Counted from the stretch's first letter, positions 7,010 through 15,390 are shown. The stretch is DNA of 32,000 nucleotides from an uncultured Actinomycetes bacterium (GCA_963843975.1 CAWJMG010000003.1:1170001-1202000), one strand, 5' to 3'. The notes: a model not told the origin generated them from the letters alone. Program-made: numbers and translations.

Positions 7010-8326
7010 GTGGAGCGCATCAGCGGCAGGGCCTGGCTCGTCTGGGCCGTCGCCGTCGGCGCCTACACGATCGCGGTGCTGCAGCGAACGTCGCTGAGCG
7101 TCGCAGGGCTCGACGCCGCCGCCCGCCTCGAGGTGTCGGCCGGCGTCCTCGGCACCTTCGCCGTCGTCCAGCTGCTCGTGTACGCCGGCATGCAGGTGCC
7201 GGTCGGCGTGATGGTCGACCGCGTCGGTCCGCGCGTGCTCGTCGTGACGGGTGCGGTCCTCATGGCCGTCGGCCAGGTGAGCCTCGCGCTCGCGCACTCG
7301 TTCCCCGCGGCGCTCGCTGCCCGGGTGCTCGTGGGGGCCGGCGACGCGATGACGTTCATCGCGGTGCTGCGCCTCGTCACCGCGTGGTTCCCGCCGCGGC
7401 GAGTGCCGCTCATGACCCAGGTGACCGGCCTCGTCGGGCAGACCGGCCAGCTCCTCAGCATCATCCCGCTCGCCGCGCTGCTGCACGGCCCGGGGTGGAC
7501 GCCGGCGTTCCTGTCCGCAGCGTCGCTGTCGGTCCTCTTCGCCGTCCTCGCGTTCCTGGTCGTGCGCGACACCCCGACCGGCAACCGGACCGACGAGGCG
7601 TCGCCGTCGTGGGCCCAGGTGCGGCACGATCTCGTGAGCGCGTGGAAGCACCCCGGCACCCGGCTCGGACTGTGGACCCACTTCACGACGCCGTTCGCGA
7701 GCACCGCGTTCCTGCTGCTGTGGGGGTACCCGTTCCTCGTGTCCGCCCAGGGCCTCACCCGGGCCGAGGCCAGCGTGCTGTTCAGCGTGATGACGGTGGT
7801 GGGCCTCGTCGCCGCACCCTTCCTCGGCGAGGCGGTGGCCCGGCATCCGCTGCGCCGCAGCTGGATCGTGCTCACCATCGTCGGCACGACCATCGCCGTG
7901 TGGACGGCGGTCCTCGTCCTCGCGGGCCCGGCGCCTCGGTGGCTGCTGCTGCTGCTCGTGGTCGTGCTCGCAGTCGGCGGCCCTGCGTCCATGATCGGCT
8001 TCGACTACGCGCGCACGTTCAACCCGCCCAACCGGATCGGCACGGCCACCGGCATCGTGAACGTCGGCGGGTTCGTGTCGGCGCTGATCGTCATCCTGCT
8101 GATCGGTCTCGTGCTCGACTGGACCGGCAGCGGGTCGTCGTACTCGCTCGAGGGGTTCCGAGCGGCGTTCAGCGTGCAGTACGTGATCTGGGCGATCGGC
8201 GTCGCAGGGATCCTGCGGACCCGTCATGTCGTCCGCACCCGCCTCGCGGAGGACGGCATCGTCGTGCCCCCGATGCGCGACGTGGTGCGACGTCGACGCG
8301 CAGCGCGTCGCGGCACGCCGCGCTGA
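7010..8326 (+). CDS. MFS transporter
   Basis: 438 aa with 12 hydrophobic segments. MFS-like loop motif 'GVMVDRVGPR' between TM2 and TM3. Confidence 0.85.
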   Translation: MERISGRAWLVWAVAVGAYTIAVLQRTSLSVAGLDAAARLEVSAGVLGTFAVVQLLVYAGMQVPVGVMVDRVGPRVLVVTGAVLMAVGQVSLALAHSFPAALAARVLVGAGDAMTFIAVLRLVTAWFPPRRVPLMTQVTGLVGQTGQLLSIIPLAALLHGPGWTPAFLSAASLSVLFAVLAFLVVRDTPTGNRTDEASPSWAQVRHDLVSAWKHPGTRLGLWTHFTTPFASTAFLLLWGYPFLVSAQGLTRAEASVLFSVMTVVGLVAAPFLGEAVARHPLRRSWIVLTIVGTTIAVWTAVLVLAGPAPRWLLLLLVVVLAVGGPASMIGFDYARTFNPPNRIGTATGIVNVGGFVSALIVILLIGLVLDWTGSGSSYSLEGFRAAFSVQYVIWAIGVAGILRTRHVVRTRLAEDGIVVPPMRDVVRRRRAARRGTPR

Positions 8327-8375
8327 GTGCGGGACTCGACCCCGCCGCTCGCGTACGTTCGCCCCGGGAGGGTCG

Positions 8376-9029
8376 ATGACCGAGGCACGGCGGGGCGAGC
8401 GACGGCTCCCGATGGCGCTCGCGGTGCTCGCGGTCGCCGTGCTCTACCTCTTCGTCCCCGACGACTTCCGGCTCGCGCCGTGGACGCGCATCGCGTTCCC
8501 CGTCTTCCTCGTGGTGCTGCTGCTGGTCCTCGTGATCGGCGACCCCGGGCGCATCGACCGCGAGGTGCGCTGGCTGCGGATCCTCACCGGCGTCATGATC
8601 GCGATCATCACGTTCTTCACCTTGGTGGCGGCCGTGCGTCTGGTGCTCGGAATCCTCCACAAGTCGTCCTTCGCCGACGCCGGGCAGCTGCTCGTGATCG
8701 GCGGCATCATCCTGTTCACCAACATGGTCGCGTTCGCGCTGTGGTTCTGGCACCTCGACTCCGGTGGCCCGGCCGCCCGCGCCCACGGGCGCACCGAGCC
8801 CCGGCCCGCGTTCGTCTTCCCGGAGCAGTCCTTGCCCCACCTCGTCGGCGAGGGCTGGTACCCGCAGTTCGTCGACTACTTCGCGGTGTCGTTCAACACC
8901 TCGACCGCGTTCAGCCCCACCGACGTCTCCGCGATCCGCCACTGGGCCAAGCTCTTCATGGTCGTCGAGTCCTCGACCTCGCTCCTGCTCGTCGCACTGG
9001 TGATCGCGCGGGCCATCAACATCCTGTGA
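8376..9029 (+). CDS. Membrane protein, DUF1345-like
   Basis: Internal ATG of track ORF 8226-9029 with GGGAGGG RBS. MTEARRGERRLPMALAVLAVAVLY... Several TM segments. 'WHLDSGGPAARA...FVFPE' loop. Confidence 0.7.
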   Translation: MTEARRGERRLPMALAVLAVAVLYLFVPDDFRLAPWTRIAFPVFLVVLLLVLVIGDPGRIDREVRWLRILTGVMIAIITFFTLVAAVRLVLGILHKSSFADAGQLLVIGGIILFTNMVAFALWFWHLDSGGPAARAHGRTEPRPAFVFPEQSLPHLVGEGWYPQFVDYFAVSFNTSTAFSPTDVSAIRHWAKLFMVVESSTSLLLVALVIARAINIL

Positions 9030-9093
9030 CCGCAGGACACGGACGGGGGCTCCCGGGCAGGCTGTGCGTCGCCGGATCGTGGGAGGGAGAGCC

Positions 9094-9924
9094 GTGAGCA
9101 CGACGACCGAGCTGGAGGGCCGCTGGTCCATCGTGCGCGGAACCCCGGTGTACCACCGGGCGCACGAGGTCGAGGGGGCCGACACGATCCTGCACCTGCA
9201 CGGCTTCGCGATCTCCGGCAGCTACATGGTGCCGACGGCGGGCCTCCTGGCCGACGAGTTCACGACGTACGTGCCCGACCTGCCCGGCTTCGGACGGAGC
9301 CCCCGACCGGACCACGTGCTGACGATCCCCGAGCTCGCCGACTCGGCTGCCGCGTTCCTCGACTCGGTCGGAGTCGAGCGGGCGACGGTGGTCGGCAACT
9401 CGCTCGGCTGCACCGTTCTCGCAGCGTTCGCCCAGCGCCACCCCGACCGGCTCGAGCGTGCAGTGATGGTGTCGCCGGCCGGCGGCGTCCAGAGCCAACC
9501 GCTCTCGCGGGCCATCTGGCAGCTGATCCGCGACACCCCGCGCGAACCGCCGTCGATGGCCACCGTTGCCGTCCCCGACTACGTGAGCTTCGGGGTCGTG
9601 ACGACGTACAAGCTCTTCGTCGCGATGACGCGGTTCCCGGCGTTCCAGGCGCTCATCGAGATCGACAAGCCGCTGCTCGGCGTGCTCGGGGTGCGGGACC
9701 CGCTGCTGCCCCCGGCCGCGCGGATCAAGGAGATCGTGCGCCAGATGGACATCGACCAGATCACGATCGCGGTGCTGAAGGACGCGGCGCACGCCATCAA
9801 CTACAGCCACCCGCGCGAGACGGCCGATCTCGTCCGCGGCTTCATGCGCGGAGAGGAGCTCACGTCCGACCTCGCGCCGAGCGACGGCCGCAGCCCGGTC
9901 GCGGTGATCAGCCGCCGCGGCTGA
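9094..9924 (+). CDS. Alpha/beta-fold hydrolase
   Basis: GTG start after GGGAGGGAGAG RBS. HLHGF oxyanion region, GNSLG nucleophile elbow, and a C-terminal His (AAHAINYSHP). Confidence 0.8.
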   Translation: MSTTTELEGRWSIVRGTPVYHRAHEVEGADTILHLHGFAISGSYMVPTAGLLADEFTTYVPDLPGFGRSPRPDHVLTIPELADSAAAFLDSVGVERATVVGNSLGCTVLAAFAQRHPDRLERAVMVSPAGGVQSQPLSRAIWQLIRDTPREPPSMATVAVPDYVSFGVVTTYKLFVAMTRFPAFQALIEIDKPLLGVLGVRDPLLPPAARIKEIVRQMDIDQITIAVLKDAAHAINYSHPRETADLVRGFMRGEELTSDLAPSDGRSPVAVISRRG

Positions 9925-9933
9925 GCAGCGCAG

Positions 9934-10332
9934 TCACGCTGCCGGGGTGAGCTCGAACCAGACGCTCTTGCCCTCGGCCCCCTGGATGGACCCCCAGCGG
10001 GTCGCGACGCGATCCACGATCTCGAGGCCGCGCCCAGAGGTCGCTGTGGCATCGGCATGCCGTAGCGCCGGCTCGGTCGCGTCGTCGTCCAGGACGCAGA
10101 CGCGCAGGACGCCCGTCGACGGGGTCCAGCAGGCGCCGACCACCATCGCGGTGTGCGCGTGGAGGACGGCGTTGCTCGCCAGCTCGCTGACGAGCAGGAC
10201 CGCGTCGTCGATCAGGGCGCGAAGGCTCCAATCGAGCAGGGCCTCGCGCACGAACTCTCGTGAGCGCGAGGGGCTCTCGACCGTAGCCGGCAGTGCCACC
10301 CATCGCGTTCCGGGTCGTGGTGCGGACGACAT
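9934..10332 (-). CDS. RsbW-type anti-sigma factor / HATPase_c serine kinase
   Basis: 132 aa from the internal ATG (GGGAGG RBS). N-box SELASNAVLHA and G2-like SGRGLEIVDRVATRWG. The upstream part of track ORF 9934-10560 overlaps the STAS gene and is not coding. Confidence 0.8.
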   Translation of the reverse strand: MSSAPRPGTRWVALPATVESPSRSREFVREALLDWSLRALIDDAVLLVSELASNAVLHAHTAMVVGACWTPSTGVLRVCVLDDDATEPALRHADATATSGRGLEIVDRVATRWGSIQGAEGKSVWFELTPAA

Positions 10333-10429
10333 CCGACCTCCCAGGACGGTGCGGGTTGATGGGTGCGGCCTCGTGAGGTCGCAGACTCGGGGACCGTGGT
10401 ACCCGTTGGCGGGTCGGCCCACCTGCGCG

Positions 10430-10756
10430 CTACTCCAACGCGCGCAGGTAGGACCGAGCTGCCTCGACGTCATCCTCGTAGGGCAGGACTGAGTCGAGCC
10501 TCGTGATGGAGAGCACCCGCCGCACGGCGCCCTGAGCGCCGGCGAGCACGAGCCTGCCACCGGCCTCCTCGCGGCGGCGCAGCGCGCGCACGAACCGCGA
10601 CAGGGTCACGGAGTCGACGAACTGCACGGCGGACAGGTCCACGATGAGTCGACCGTCGAGCGGCGCCGAGGCGAGCATCGCGTCGATCTCGTCCAGGCGC
10701 GTGATGTCCAGCTCGCCGACAGGTGCGGCCACGACGACGGACTGGTCGACGTTCAT
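10430..10756 (-). CDS. STAS-domain anti-sigma-factor antagonist (RsbV/RsfA-like)
   Basis: 108 aa. 'VVDLSAVQFVDSVTLSRFVRALRR' is the typical STAS phospho-site region (DS). Confidence 0.85.
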   Translation of the reverse strand: MNVDQSVVVAAPVGELDITRLDEIDAMLASAPLDGRLIVDLSAVQFVDSVTLSRFVRALRRREEAGGRLVLAGAQGAVRRVLSITRLDSVLPYEDDVEAARSYLRALE

Positions 10757-10774
10757 CTCCGACCGCGAGTGCGG

Positions 10775-11371
10775 TCAGCGCGCGTCACCGGGTCCACCGG
10801 AGAGAGGGCTCCGCTGACCAGGCATCCCCGCTCCGTCACCCAGGCTTCCGCCCGCCCCGGCGGCGCGCTCCTGATCGCGGAGCGGGTAGTCGGTGAGGTC
10901 GACGGACGTGTCGCCGGCGCCCTCCTCGACGGTGCCGCGCCAGCCGCCCTCGGCCTCACCGCGCTCCTCGATGAAGTCCTTGAACCTCTCGAGCGAGCCG
11001 TTGACGGACGACGAGACGACACCCAGCGCGTCGCCGACGCGCTCGGTGACGCCATGCGGCTCGAAGTCGAGGCGCAGCGTCACCCTCGTGTGCTCGGGGT
11101 CGAGGCTGGCGAAGGTGACTCGCCCCGCCTGCTCCGGGCCGTCCACACTGGACCAGGCGATGACCTGGCCCGGGTGCTGCTCGACGATGCGGGCGTCGTA
11201 CTCGCGCGACACGCCGCCGACGGAGACCCGCCAGTGCGTCAACGTGTCGTCGATCTGTCGCACCGACTCCACGTTGTCCATGAAGTGCGGGTAGGACTCG
11301 AACTGCGTCCACTGGTCGTAGACGGTCGTGATCGGTCGATCCACGACAACTGAGTGCTCGTGCGTGGTCAT
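10775..11371 (-). CDS. SRPBCC-family (cyclase/dehydrase-like) protein
   Basis: 198 aa. 'VVVDRPITTVYDQWTQFESYPHFMDNVESV' is the typical N-terminus of this family. AGGAGG RBS upstream. Confidence 0.85.
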   Translation of the reverse strand: MTTHEHSVVVDRPITTVYDQWTQFESYPHFMDNVESVRQIDDTLTHWRVSVGGVSREYDARIVEQHPGQVIAWSSVDGPEQAGRVTFASLDPEHTRVTLRLDFEPHGVTERVGDALGVVSSSVNGSLERFKDFIEERGEAEGGWRGTVEEGAGDTSVDLTDYPLRDQERAAGAGGSLGDGAGMPGQRSPLSGGPGDAR

Positions 11372-11419
11372 GTGCGCCTCCTGTGCTCGGCTACGTGCCG
11401 TCCGTGCGATGGGCGGGCG

Positions 11420-11602
11420 TCAGCTCGTGGCGTCGCGCAGGCCGTCCTTGACCTTCTCGCCGCTCTGCTTGACGTCTGCCTTGGCCTGGTCGAGCTTGCC
11501 CTCGGCCTCCAGCGACTCGTTGCCGGTCACCTTGCCCGTGGTCTCCTTGATGACGCCGCCGGCCTTCTCGGCGAGGTTCTTGGCCTTGTCCTCGGTGCTC
11601 AT
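11420..11602 (-). CDS. CsbD-family general stress protein
   Basis: 60 aa from ATG 11602 (AAGGAC RBS 9 nt upstream). MSTEDKAKNLAEKAGGVIKETTGKVTGNESLEAEGKLDQAKADVKQSGEKVKDGLRDA matches the CsbD signature. Confidence 0.85.
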   Translation of the reverse strand: MSTEDKAKNLAEKAGGVIKETTGKVTGNESLEAEGKLDQAKADVKQSGEKVKDGLRDATS

Positions 11603-11647
11603 GTCACGCACGTCCTTTCGCGTTGGATGAATAGTGCTTCCGTCCGG

Positions 11648-11673
11648 ATTCCCTTGCCCGGGTGGGGCTAAAC
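11648..11673 (-). promoter_or_regulatory. SigF/SigB-type promoter candidate P1: GTTT-N16-GGGAAT, upstream of csbD-like gene
   Basis: Minus strand reads GTTTAGCCCCACCCGGGCAAGGGAAT. The -10 element ends about 45 nt before ATG 11602. Confidence 0.6.
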
Positions 11674-11835
11674 GCCTTGCCGTGCAACGGGACCGGGCAG
11701 GGGTTCGGGCGACGGCCCCACGGGCGGTGCAGGGACCGGCGGCATCGGCTCCGGAGTCGGGACGACGGGCTCCGGCACGTCTGGGCCGGGCTCGACGGGC
11801 GGCACGGGGCCGGGCTCACCTGGGTCGTTGGTCAT
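11668..11835 (-). CDS. Small proline-rich hypothetical protein (55 aa); absent from the ORF track
   Basis: Hand translation: MTNDPGEPGPVPPVEPGPDVPEPVVPTPEPMPPVPAPPVGPSPEPLPGPVARQGV*. GAGGAG RBS 5 nt upstream. It has its own promoter motif (P2). GC3 is high. Confidence 0.45.
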   Translation of the reverse strand: MTNDPGEPGPVPPVEPGPDVPEPVVPTPEPMPPVPAPPVGPSPEPLPGPVARQGV

Positions 11836-11875
11836 GTCTGCTCCTCACGTGCGCCGCAGACGCGGCAGCGAAGGG

Positions 11876-11900
11876 ATGCCCCCGCGTCGGTGGGCCAAAC
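11876..11900 (-). promoter_or_regulatory. SigF/SigB-type promoter candidate P2: GTTT-N15-GGGCAT, upstream of the proline-rich small ORF
   Basis: Minus strand reads GTTTGGCCCACCGACGCGGGGGCAT. The -10 element ends about 40 nt before ATG 11835. Confidence 0.55.
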
Positions 11901-11918
11901 GCGCAGCATCCTCGTGAG

Positions 11919-13112
11919 CTACCCCACGGCGACGTCGTCGAGCCGATCGTGACCGGAAGAGGCGAGGTCCGCACCCAGTGCGTCGGCACGGGCGGTGTCC
12001 AGCGCTACTGCGACGAGGATCGCGGCACCATGGCGGTCGAACCGCTCCATGGCACGACGGTGCGCGGACCACGCCCAGGTGGAGCGGGCCGGGGTGTCGC
12101 GTCCGATCACGCGCAGCGCCCGAGCCAGCCGGCGCGGCTGCCCCGCCGGGAGGAGCAGGCCGGTGGTGCCGCTCTCGATGAGCTCGCGGACCCCCGGGAC
12201 GTCACTGGCGACGACCGGCGTGCCCGCCCACATGGCCGTGGCGATGAGCGACGACTCCGGACGGCCGTGCGGCAACGACACGACGAGGTCCGTGGACCGG
12301 ACGAGCACGCGCAGGCCCTCTCCGGAGGCCACGCGGACGAACCTGATGCGGTCGCCGGCGCGGAGGCCGCTCGCGAGCCGCGACCAACGGTCGACGAGGT
12401 GGGCGTCGGCCGCGTGCGCCTCGTCCACCGCCACACTCAGCCTCAGCTCCGGCAGGACGGCGACGGCGCGGATGACGTCACTGACGCCGGCGCCGCCGGC
12501 CCCGGACGTCGTCAGCACCGAGCCCGCGACGGCCTGGACCTCCCCCATGACCTTGCTTCCCTGGCCGGGGGTGGCCAGCTCCCACGGCACGACGTCGCAG
12601 CTCTCGCCGTCCACTCCTGCCCGTGCGAGCCGCTCGGCCTCGTCCAGGGAGCCCACGACGACGCGTGCGGCGCGCCGCGGGATCCACGGACCGACGGTTC
12701 CCGGCACGGAGCGCAGGTCGTCGGCGCCGGCGCTCCACACCCAGGGCACATGCAGATCGGGGCCTAGCCGCTCCAGCAGCTCCGCGGCGCCGCGCCCCAC
12801 GGCGAGTGCCACATCGATCCTGTTGGGGTCGATCACGTCCAGCAGCTGCTTGCGCCGGGTGCAGCGGACGACCGCCACAGCGGTGTCGACGCTCCCGGCA
12901 GTGCCGCGGGTGATCCTGTCGAGCATCTCCAGGGAGGGTGCACCCTGAGCCGGGCGTCGCCCTGCAGGCTGTCGGGCCTCGACGACGACCACATCGTGGC
13001 CGAGCGCCGCAAGATCGGTGCCGAGCTCCGCGACAGGGCGACGCAGCAGGGCGACGACCGTGTCCCGACCGCCCTGACGGGCACCCGCCTCGACCACCAG
13101 TGCTATCCGCAT
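11919..13112 (-). CDS. Glycosyltransferase, GT4/GT1-type (GT-B fold)
   Basis: 397 aa from the internal ATG (GGAGG RBS): MRIALVVEAGARQGG... The C-terminal 'ESSLIATAMWAGTPVVASDVPGVRELIESGTTGLLL' is the typical GT4 nucleotide-sugar binding region. Confidence 0.85.
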   Translation of the reverse strand: MRIALVVEAGARQGGRDTVVALLRRPVAELGTDLAALGHDVVVVEARQPAGRRPAQGAPSLEMLDRITRGTAGSVDTAVAVVRCTRRKQLLDVIDPNRIDVALAVGRGAAELLERLGPDLHVPWVWSAGADDLRSVPGTVGPWIPRRAARVVVGSLDEAERLARAGVDGESCDVVPWELATPGQGSKVMGEVQAVAGSVLTTSGAGGAGVSDVIRAVAVLPELRLSVAVDEAHAADAHLVDRWSRLASGLRAGDRIRFVRVASGEGLRVLVRSTDLVVSLPHGRPESSLIATAMWAGTPVVASDVPGVRELIESGTTGLLLPAGQPRRLARALRVIGRDTPARSTWAWSAHRRAMERFDRHGAAILVAVALDTARADALGADLASSGHDRLDDVAVG

Positions 13113-13164
13113 GCGGCTACCTCCATCGTGCTCGGACGAACGGGAGTGACGCGCAGACGACTCC

Positions 13165-13189
13165 GTTTGGTCGGGAGCGAGCAGGGAAC
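13165..13189 (+). promoter_or_regulatory. SigF/SigB-type promoter candidate P4: GTTT-N15-GGGAAC, pointing towards ORF 13364
   Basis: Plus strand reads GTTTGGTCGGGAGCGAGCAGGGAAC. It lies about 175 nt upstream of ATG 13364. Confidence 0.45.
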
Positions 13190-13295
13190 ACCCGAGATGT
13201 CGTGCGAGCACCCGCTGATTCGTGGCCCAGAGGCTCCGGACGCCATCACTGCTCCGCTCTCTCTGCGTGACACGCAACCACGCGGCGTCACCCCA

Positions 13296-13321
13296 GTACC
13301 CACAGCCGGAGAGCGGCAAAC
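13296..13321 (-). promoter_or_regulatory. SigF/SigB-type promoter candidate P3: GTTT-N16-GGGTAC, pointing towards the glycosyltransferase gene
   Basis: Minus strand reads GTTTGCCGCTCTCCGGCTGTGGGTAC. It lies about 180 nt upstream of ATG 13112. Confidence 0.55.
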
Positions 13322-13363
13322 AAGGACCGGACGCAGACCGTCACTGACAGGAGCGAAGGACCG

Positions 13364-13570
13364 ATGAGCACGCACCCCGTGGCCGGCCAAGCACCGGACG
13401 ACAACACCGATCAGAGCCAGCCCGAGCCGGACGCCTCATCCGACGGCGACGGCTCGTGGACCGACGACCCTCAGACGCAGGACCCGCACGAGGACCGGTC
13501 CGTCGAGGCCGTGATCCGACGCACGTCGCAGGGTGGCCCGAACGCGTTTCGCGACGGCAGCGACGGGTAG
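13364..13570 (+). CDS. Small acidic hydrophilic protein (68 aa), hypothetical
   Basis: AGGAGCGAAGGA RBS. MSTHPVAGQAPDDNTDQSQPEPDASSDGDGSWTDDPQTQDPHEDRSVEAVIRRTSQGGPNAFRDGSDG. Composition resembles hydrophilin-like stress proteins. Confidence 0.5.
   Translation: MSTHPVAGQAPDDNTDQSQPEPDASSDGDGSWTDDPQTQDPHEDRSVEAVIRRTSQGGPNAFRDGSDG
13546..13570 (+). promoter_or_regulatory. Relaxed SigF/SigB-type promoter candidate P5: GTTT-N15-GGGTAG, upstream of the YtxH-like gene
   Basis: Plus strand reads GTTTCGCGACGGCAGCGACGGGTAG. The -10 element overlaps the TAG stop of ORF 13364-13570 and lies 63 nt before ATG 13633. Confidence 0.4.
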
Positions 13571-13632
13571 TGCCGAGGCAGCGGCGGCGTCGTCCGACCC
13601 CGCCGAACGACAGCTCACCCCCGAGGGGAACC

Positions 13633-13944
13633 ATGAAGAAGCTCATCCTCCTGTCCGTTGGCGGCGCCGTCGGCTACGTGCTCGGCGCCCGTGCCGGACG
13701 CCCGGCGTACGACCGCATGAGCAACAGCTGGCAGGCCCTGACCCGCCGATCCGGCCTGGACGACCTCGCGTCGACCGCCAAGAGCGCGGCGACCGATGTC
13801 CGCGACGTCGCTGCCGAGCGCGCCTCGACCGCGATGGCCAAGGGCGCCGACGACCTGGCCCAGCGCATCGACAGCCTGGCTCCGACCCGCGGCAACGGGT
13901 CAGGCCCGGCCGAGGCGAGCCTGACGCACCCCACCGGCGTCTGA
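13633..13944 (+). CDS. YtxH-like membrane-anchored stress protein
   Basis: 103 aa from the internal ATG (GAGGGGAA RBS). The N-terminus MKKLILLSVGGAVGYVLGARAGRPAYDRM is the typical single-TM-plus-AGR motif of YtxH-like proteins, followed by an Ala-rich helical region. Confidence 0.65.
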   Translation: MKKLILLSVGGAVGYVLGARAGRPAYDRMSNSWQALTRRSGLDDLASTAKSAATDVRDVAAERASTAMAKGADDLAQRIDSLAPTRGNGSGPAEASLTHPTGV

Positions 13945-13952
13945 CCGACGCC

Positions 13953-14153
13953 ATGACCGAACCCGTGAGCGAGCAGGGGCACGAGCCCGACCAGGTCGCT
14001 GAGGACAAGGCGCGTCGCCAGCGCGACGAGCGTGAGGCCATCGCCGACGGCGGGGGCACCGGGGTCACCACCGACGAGCAGACCCGCCGCGAGTCGGGCT
14101 ACTCCACCGCGGACGATCAGGGCGCGGCCCAGCCGTCACCCGAGGGCTCGTGA
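13953..14153 (+). CDS. Small acidic hydrophilic protein (66 aa), hypothetical
   Basis: ATG 8 nt after the previous stop. MTEPVSEQGHEPDQVAEDKARRQRDEREAIADGGGTGVTTDEQTRRESGYSTADDQGAAQPSPEGS. High GC3, but no clear RBS. Confidence 0.45.
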   Translation: MTEPVSEQGHEPDQVAEDKARRQRDEREAIADGGGTGVTTDEQTRRESGYSTADDQGAAQPSPEGS

Positions 14154-14197
14154 CGGTGCTGACGACGGTGGCATCGACGACCGACGGCAGGCACCAG

Positions 14198-14222
14198 GTT
14201 TAGCCAGGCGTACGAAGGGCAT
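14198..14222 (+). promoter_or_regulatory. SigF/SigB-type promoter candidate P6: (G)GTTT-N15-GGGCAT, upstream of the GlsB/YeaQ-like gene
   Basis: Plus strand reads GTTTAGCCAGGCGTACGAAGGGCAT. The -10 element ends 46 nt before ATG 14269. Confidence 0.6.
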
Positions 14223-14268
14223 TCGAGGACCCGCGCCACCGATCGGGTGGCGGATCAAGGAGAAGAAC

Positions 14269-14538
14269 ATGCTCTGGTTCATCATCGTCACCATCGTGAT
14301 CGGCTTCATCGCCGGTCTCATCGCCCGGGCGATCCTGCCCGGCAACGACTCGATGGGGCTGCTCGCGACGACGGTCCTCGGCATCGTCGGGTCCCTGGTC
14401 GGAGGCTTCCTGGGCTACGCGCTCACCGGGGCCGACCGCGCCGACGGCGCCTTCCAGACCTCGGGCCTCATCGGGTCCGTCCTCGGCGCCATCGTCGTGC
14501 TGCTCCTGGTCCGGATGACACGCCGTGCTCGCACCTGA
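14269..14538 (+). CDS. GlsB/YeaQ/YmgE-family stress-response membrane protein
   Basis: 89 aa. AAGGAGAAG RBS. MLWFIIVTIVIGFIAGLIARAILPG...GIVGSLVGGFLG matches the family signature. Confidence 0.85.
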   Translation: MLWFIIVTIVIGFIAGLIARAILPGNDSMGLLATTVLGIVGSLVGGFLGYALTGADRADGAFQTSGLIGSVLGAIVVLLLVRMTRRART

Positions 14539-15112
14539 CCGCGGCACCGATCCGCAGCGCCCCGCCGGCGACTTCATCCGCGACGTCGAGACGCTGCGCG
14601 CCCAGGCACGCGCCAACATCGACAAGGGTGCCGTCACCGAGGCGTACAGCGGTGATGTCGACCGGGTCGTGCAGATGCTGCAGACCGCGCTGGCGACCGA
14701 GGTCGTGTGCGTCCTGCGCTACCGCCAGCACCACTACGCGGCTCGCGGTATGGACGCCGAGCCCATCGCGGCCGAGTTCCTCGTCCACTCGGAGGAGGAG
14801 CTGCGCCACGCGGGCATGATCGCCGCCCGCATCAGCCAGCTCGGAGGCACGCCCGACTTCCATCCCTCGACGCTGGAGGCGCGTTCGCACAGCCAATACG
14901 TCGAGGCCAACTCCTTGCGCGACATGGTGACGGAGAACCTCGTGGCCGAGCGTGTGGCCGTCGCGTCGTACACGGACATCATCGAGTGGCTCGGGTCCAG
15001 CGACCCCACCACCCGACGGATGCTCGAGGAGATCCTCGCCGTCGAAGAGGAGCACGCCGACGACCTGGTGTCGATGCTCGACGGCCTTCCGACACCGCGC
15101 ATCATCCGCTGA
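14525..15112 (+). CDS. Ferritin-like (bacterioferritin/Dps-superfamily) di-iron protein
   Basis: 195 aa. 'LQTALATEVVCVLRYRQHHY', 'AAEFLVHSEEELRHAGMIAARISQLGGTPDF' and 'EEILAVEEEHADDLVSML' provide the ExxH metal-site helices. The GTG start overlaps the glsB-like stop by 14 nt. Confidence 0.85.
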   Translation: MLAPDRGTDPQRPAGDFIRDVETLRAQARANIDKGAVTEAYSGDVDRVVQMLQTALATEVVCVLRYRQHHYAARGMDAEPIAAEFLVHSEEELRHAGMIAARISQLGGTPDFHPSTLEARSHSQYVEANSLRDMVTENLVAERVAVASYTDIIEWLGSSDPTTRRMLEEILAVEEEHADDLVSMLDGLPTPRIIR

Positions 15113-15154
15113 CCGCTGGCTCATCGCCGCACGGCAGCACAACCTGGAGGAACC

Positions 15155-15307
15155 ATGATCGTTCTCGGACTCATCCTCGTCCTCGTCGGATGGATCGCGC
15201 ACGTGTCGATCCTCGTCACGCTCGGCGTCATCCTCGCCGTCGTCGGCGTCGTCCTCGCCCTCGTCGGGCGCACCCGCCCCGTCGCCGGCCGGGCCCACTG
15301 GTTCTAG
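15155..15307 (+). CDS. Small two-TM membrane protein (50 aa); absent from the ORF track
   Basis: GGAGGAACC RBS. Hand translation: MIVLGLILVLVGWIAHVSILVTLGVILAVVGVVLALVGRTRPVAGRAHWF*. Confidence 0.5.
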   Translation: MIVLGLILVLVGWIAHVSILVTLGVILAVVGVVLALVGRTRPVAGRAHWF

Positions 15308-15331
15308 GCACCACCGCTCGACCGCACGTCC

Positions 15332-15366
15332 ACGAGGGCGCGCCCGCACTGCGGGCGTGCCCTCGT
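15332..15366 (+). terminator. GC-rich hairpin (16-bp stem, one mismatch, 3-nt loop) after the glsB/ferritin/small-membrane operon
   Basis: ACGAGGGCGCGCCCGC-ACT-GCGGGCGTGCCCTCGT, 25 nt after the stop at 15307. There is no U-tract, which is common for actinobacterial terminators. Confidence 0.5.
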
Positions 15367-15390
15367 CGTCCTCCTGGGCGGTCTCACGGG

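Noticed and set aside
10399-10404. GGGTAC hexamer on the minus strand in the 97-bp gap between the STAS and RsbW-like genes, as a possible internal stress promoter.
   Set aside because: There is no GTTT (or GNNT) element at 14-17 nt upstream. A lone -10-like hexamer is not sufficient.
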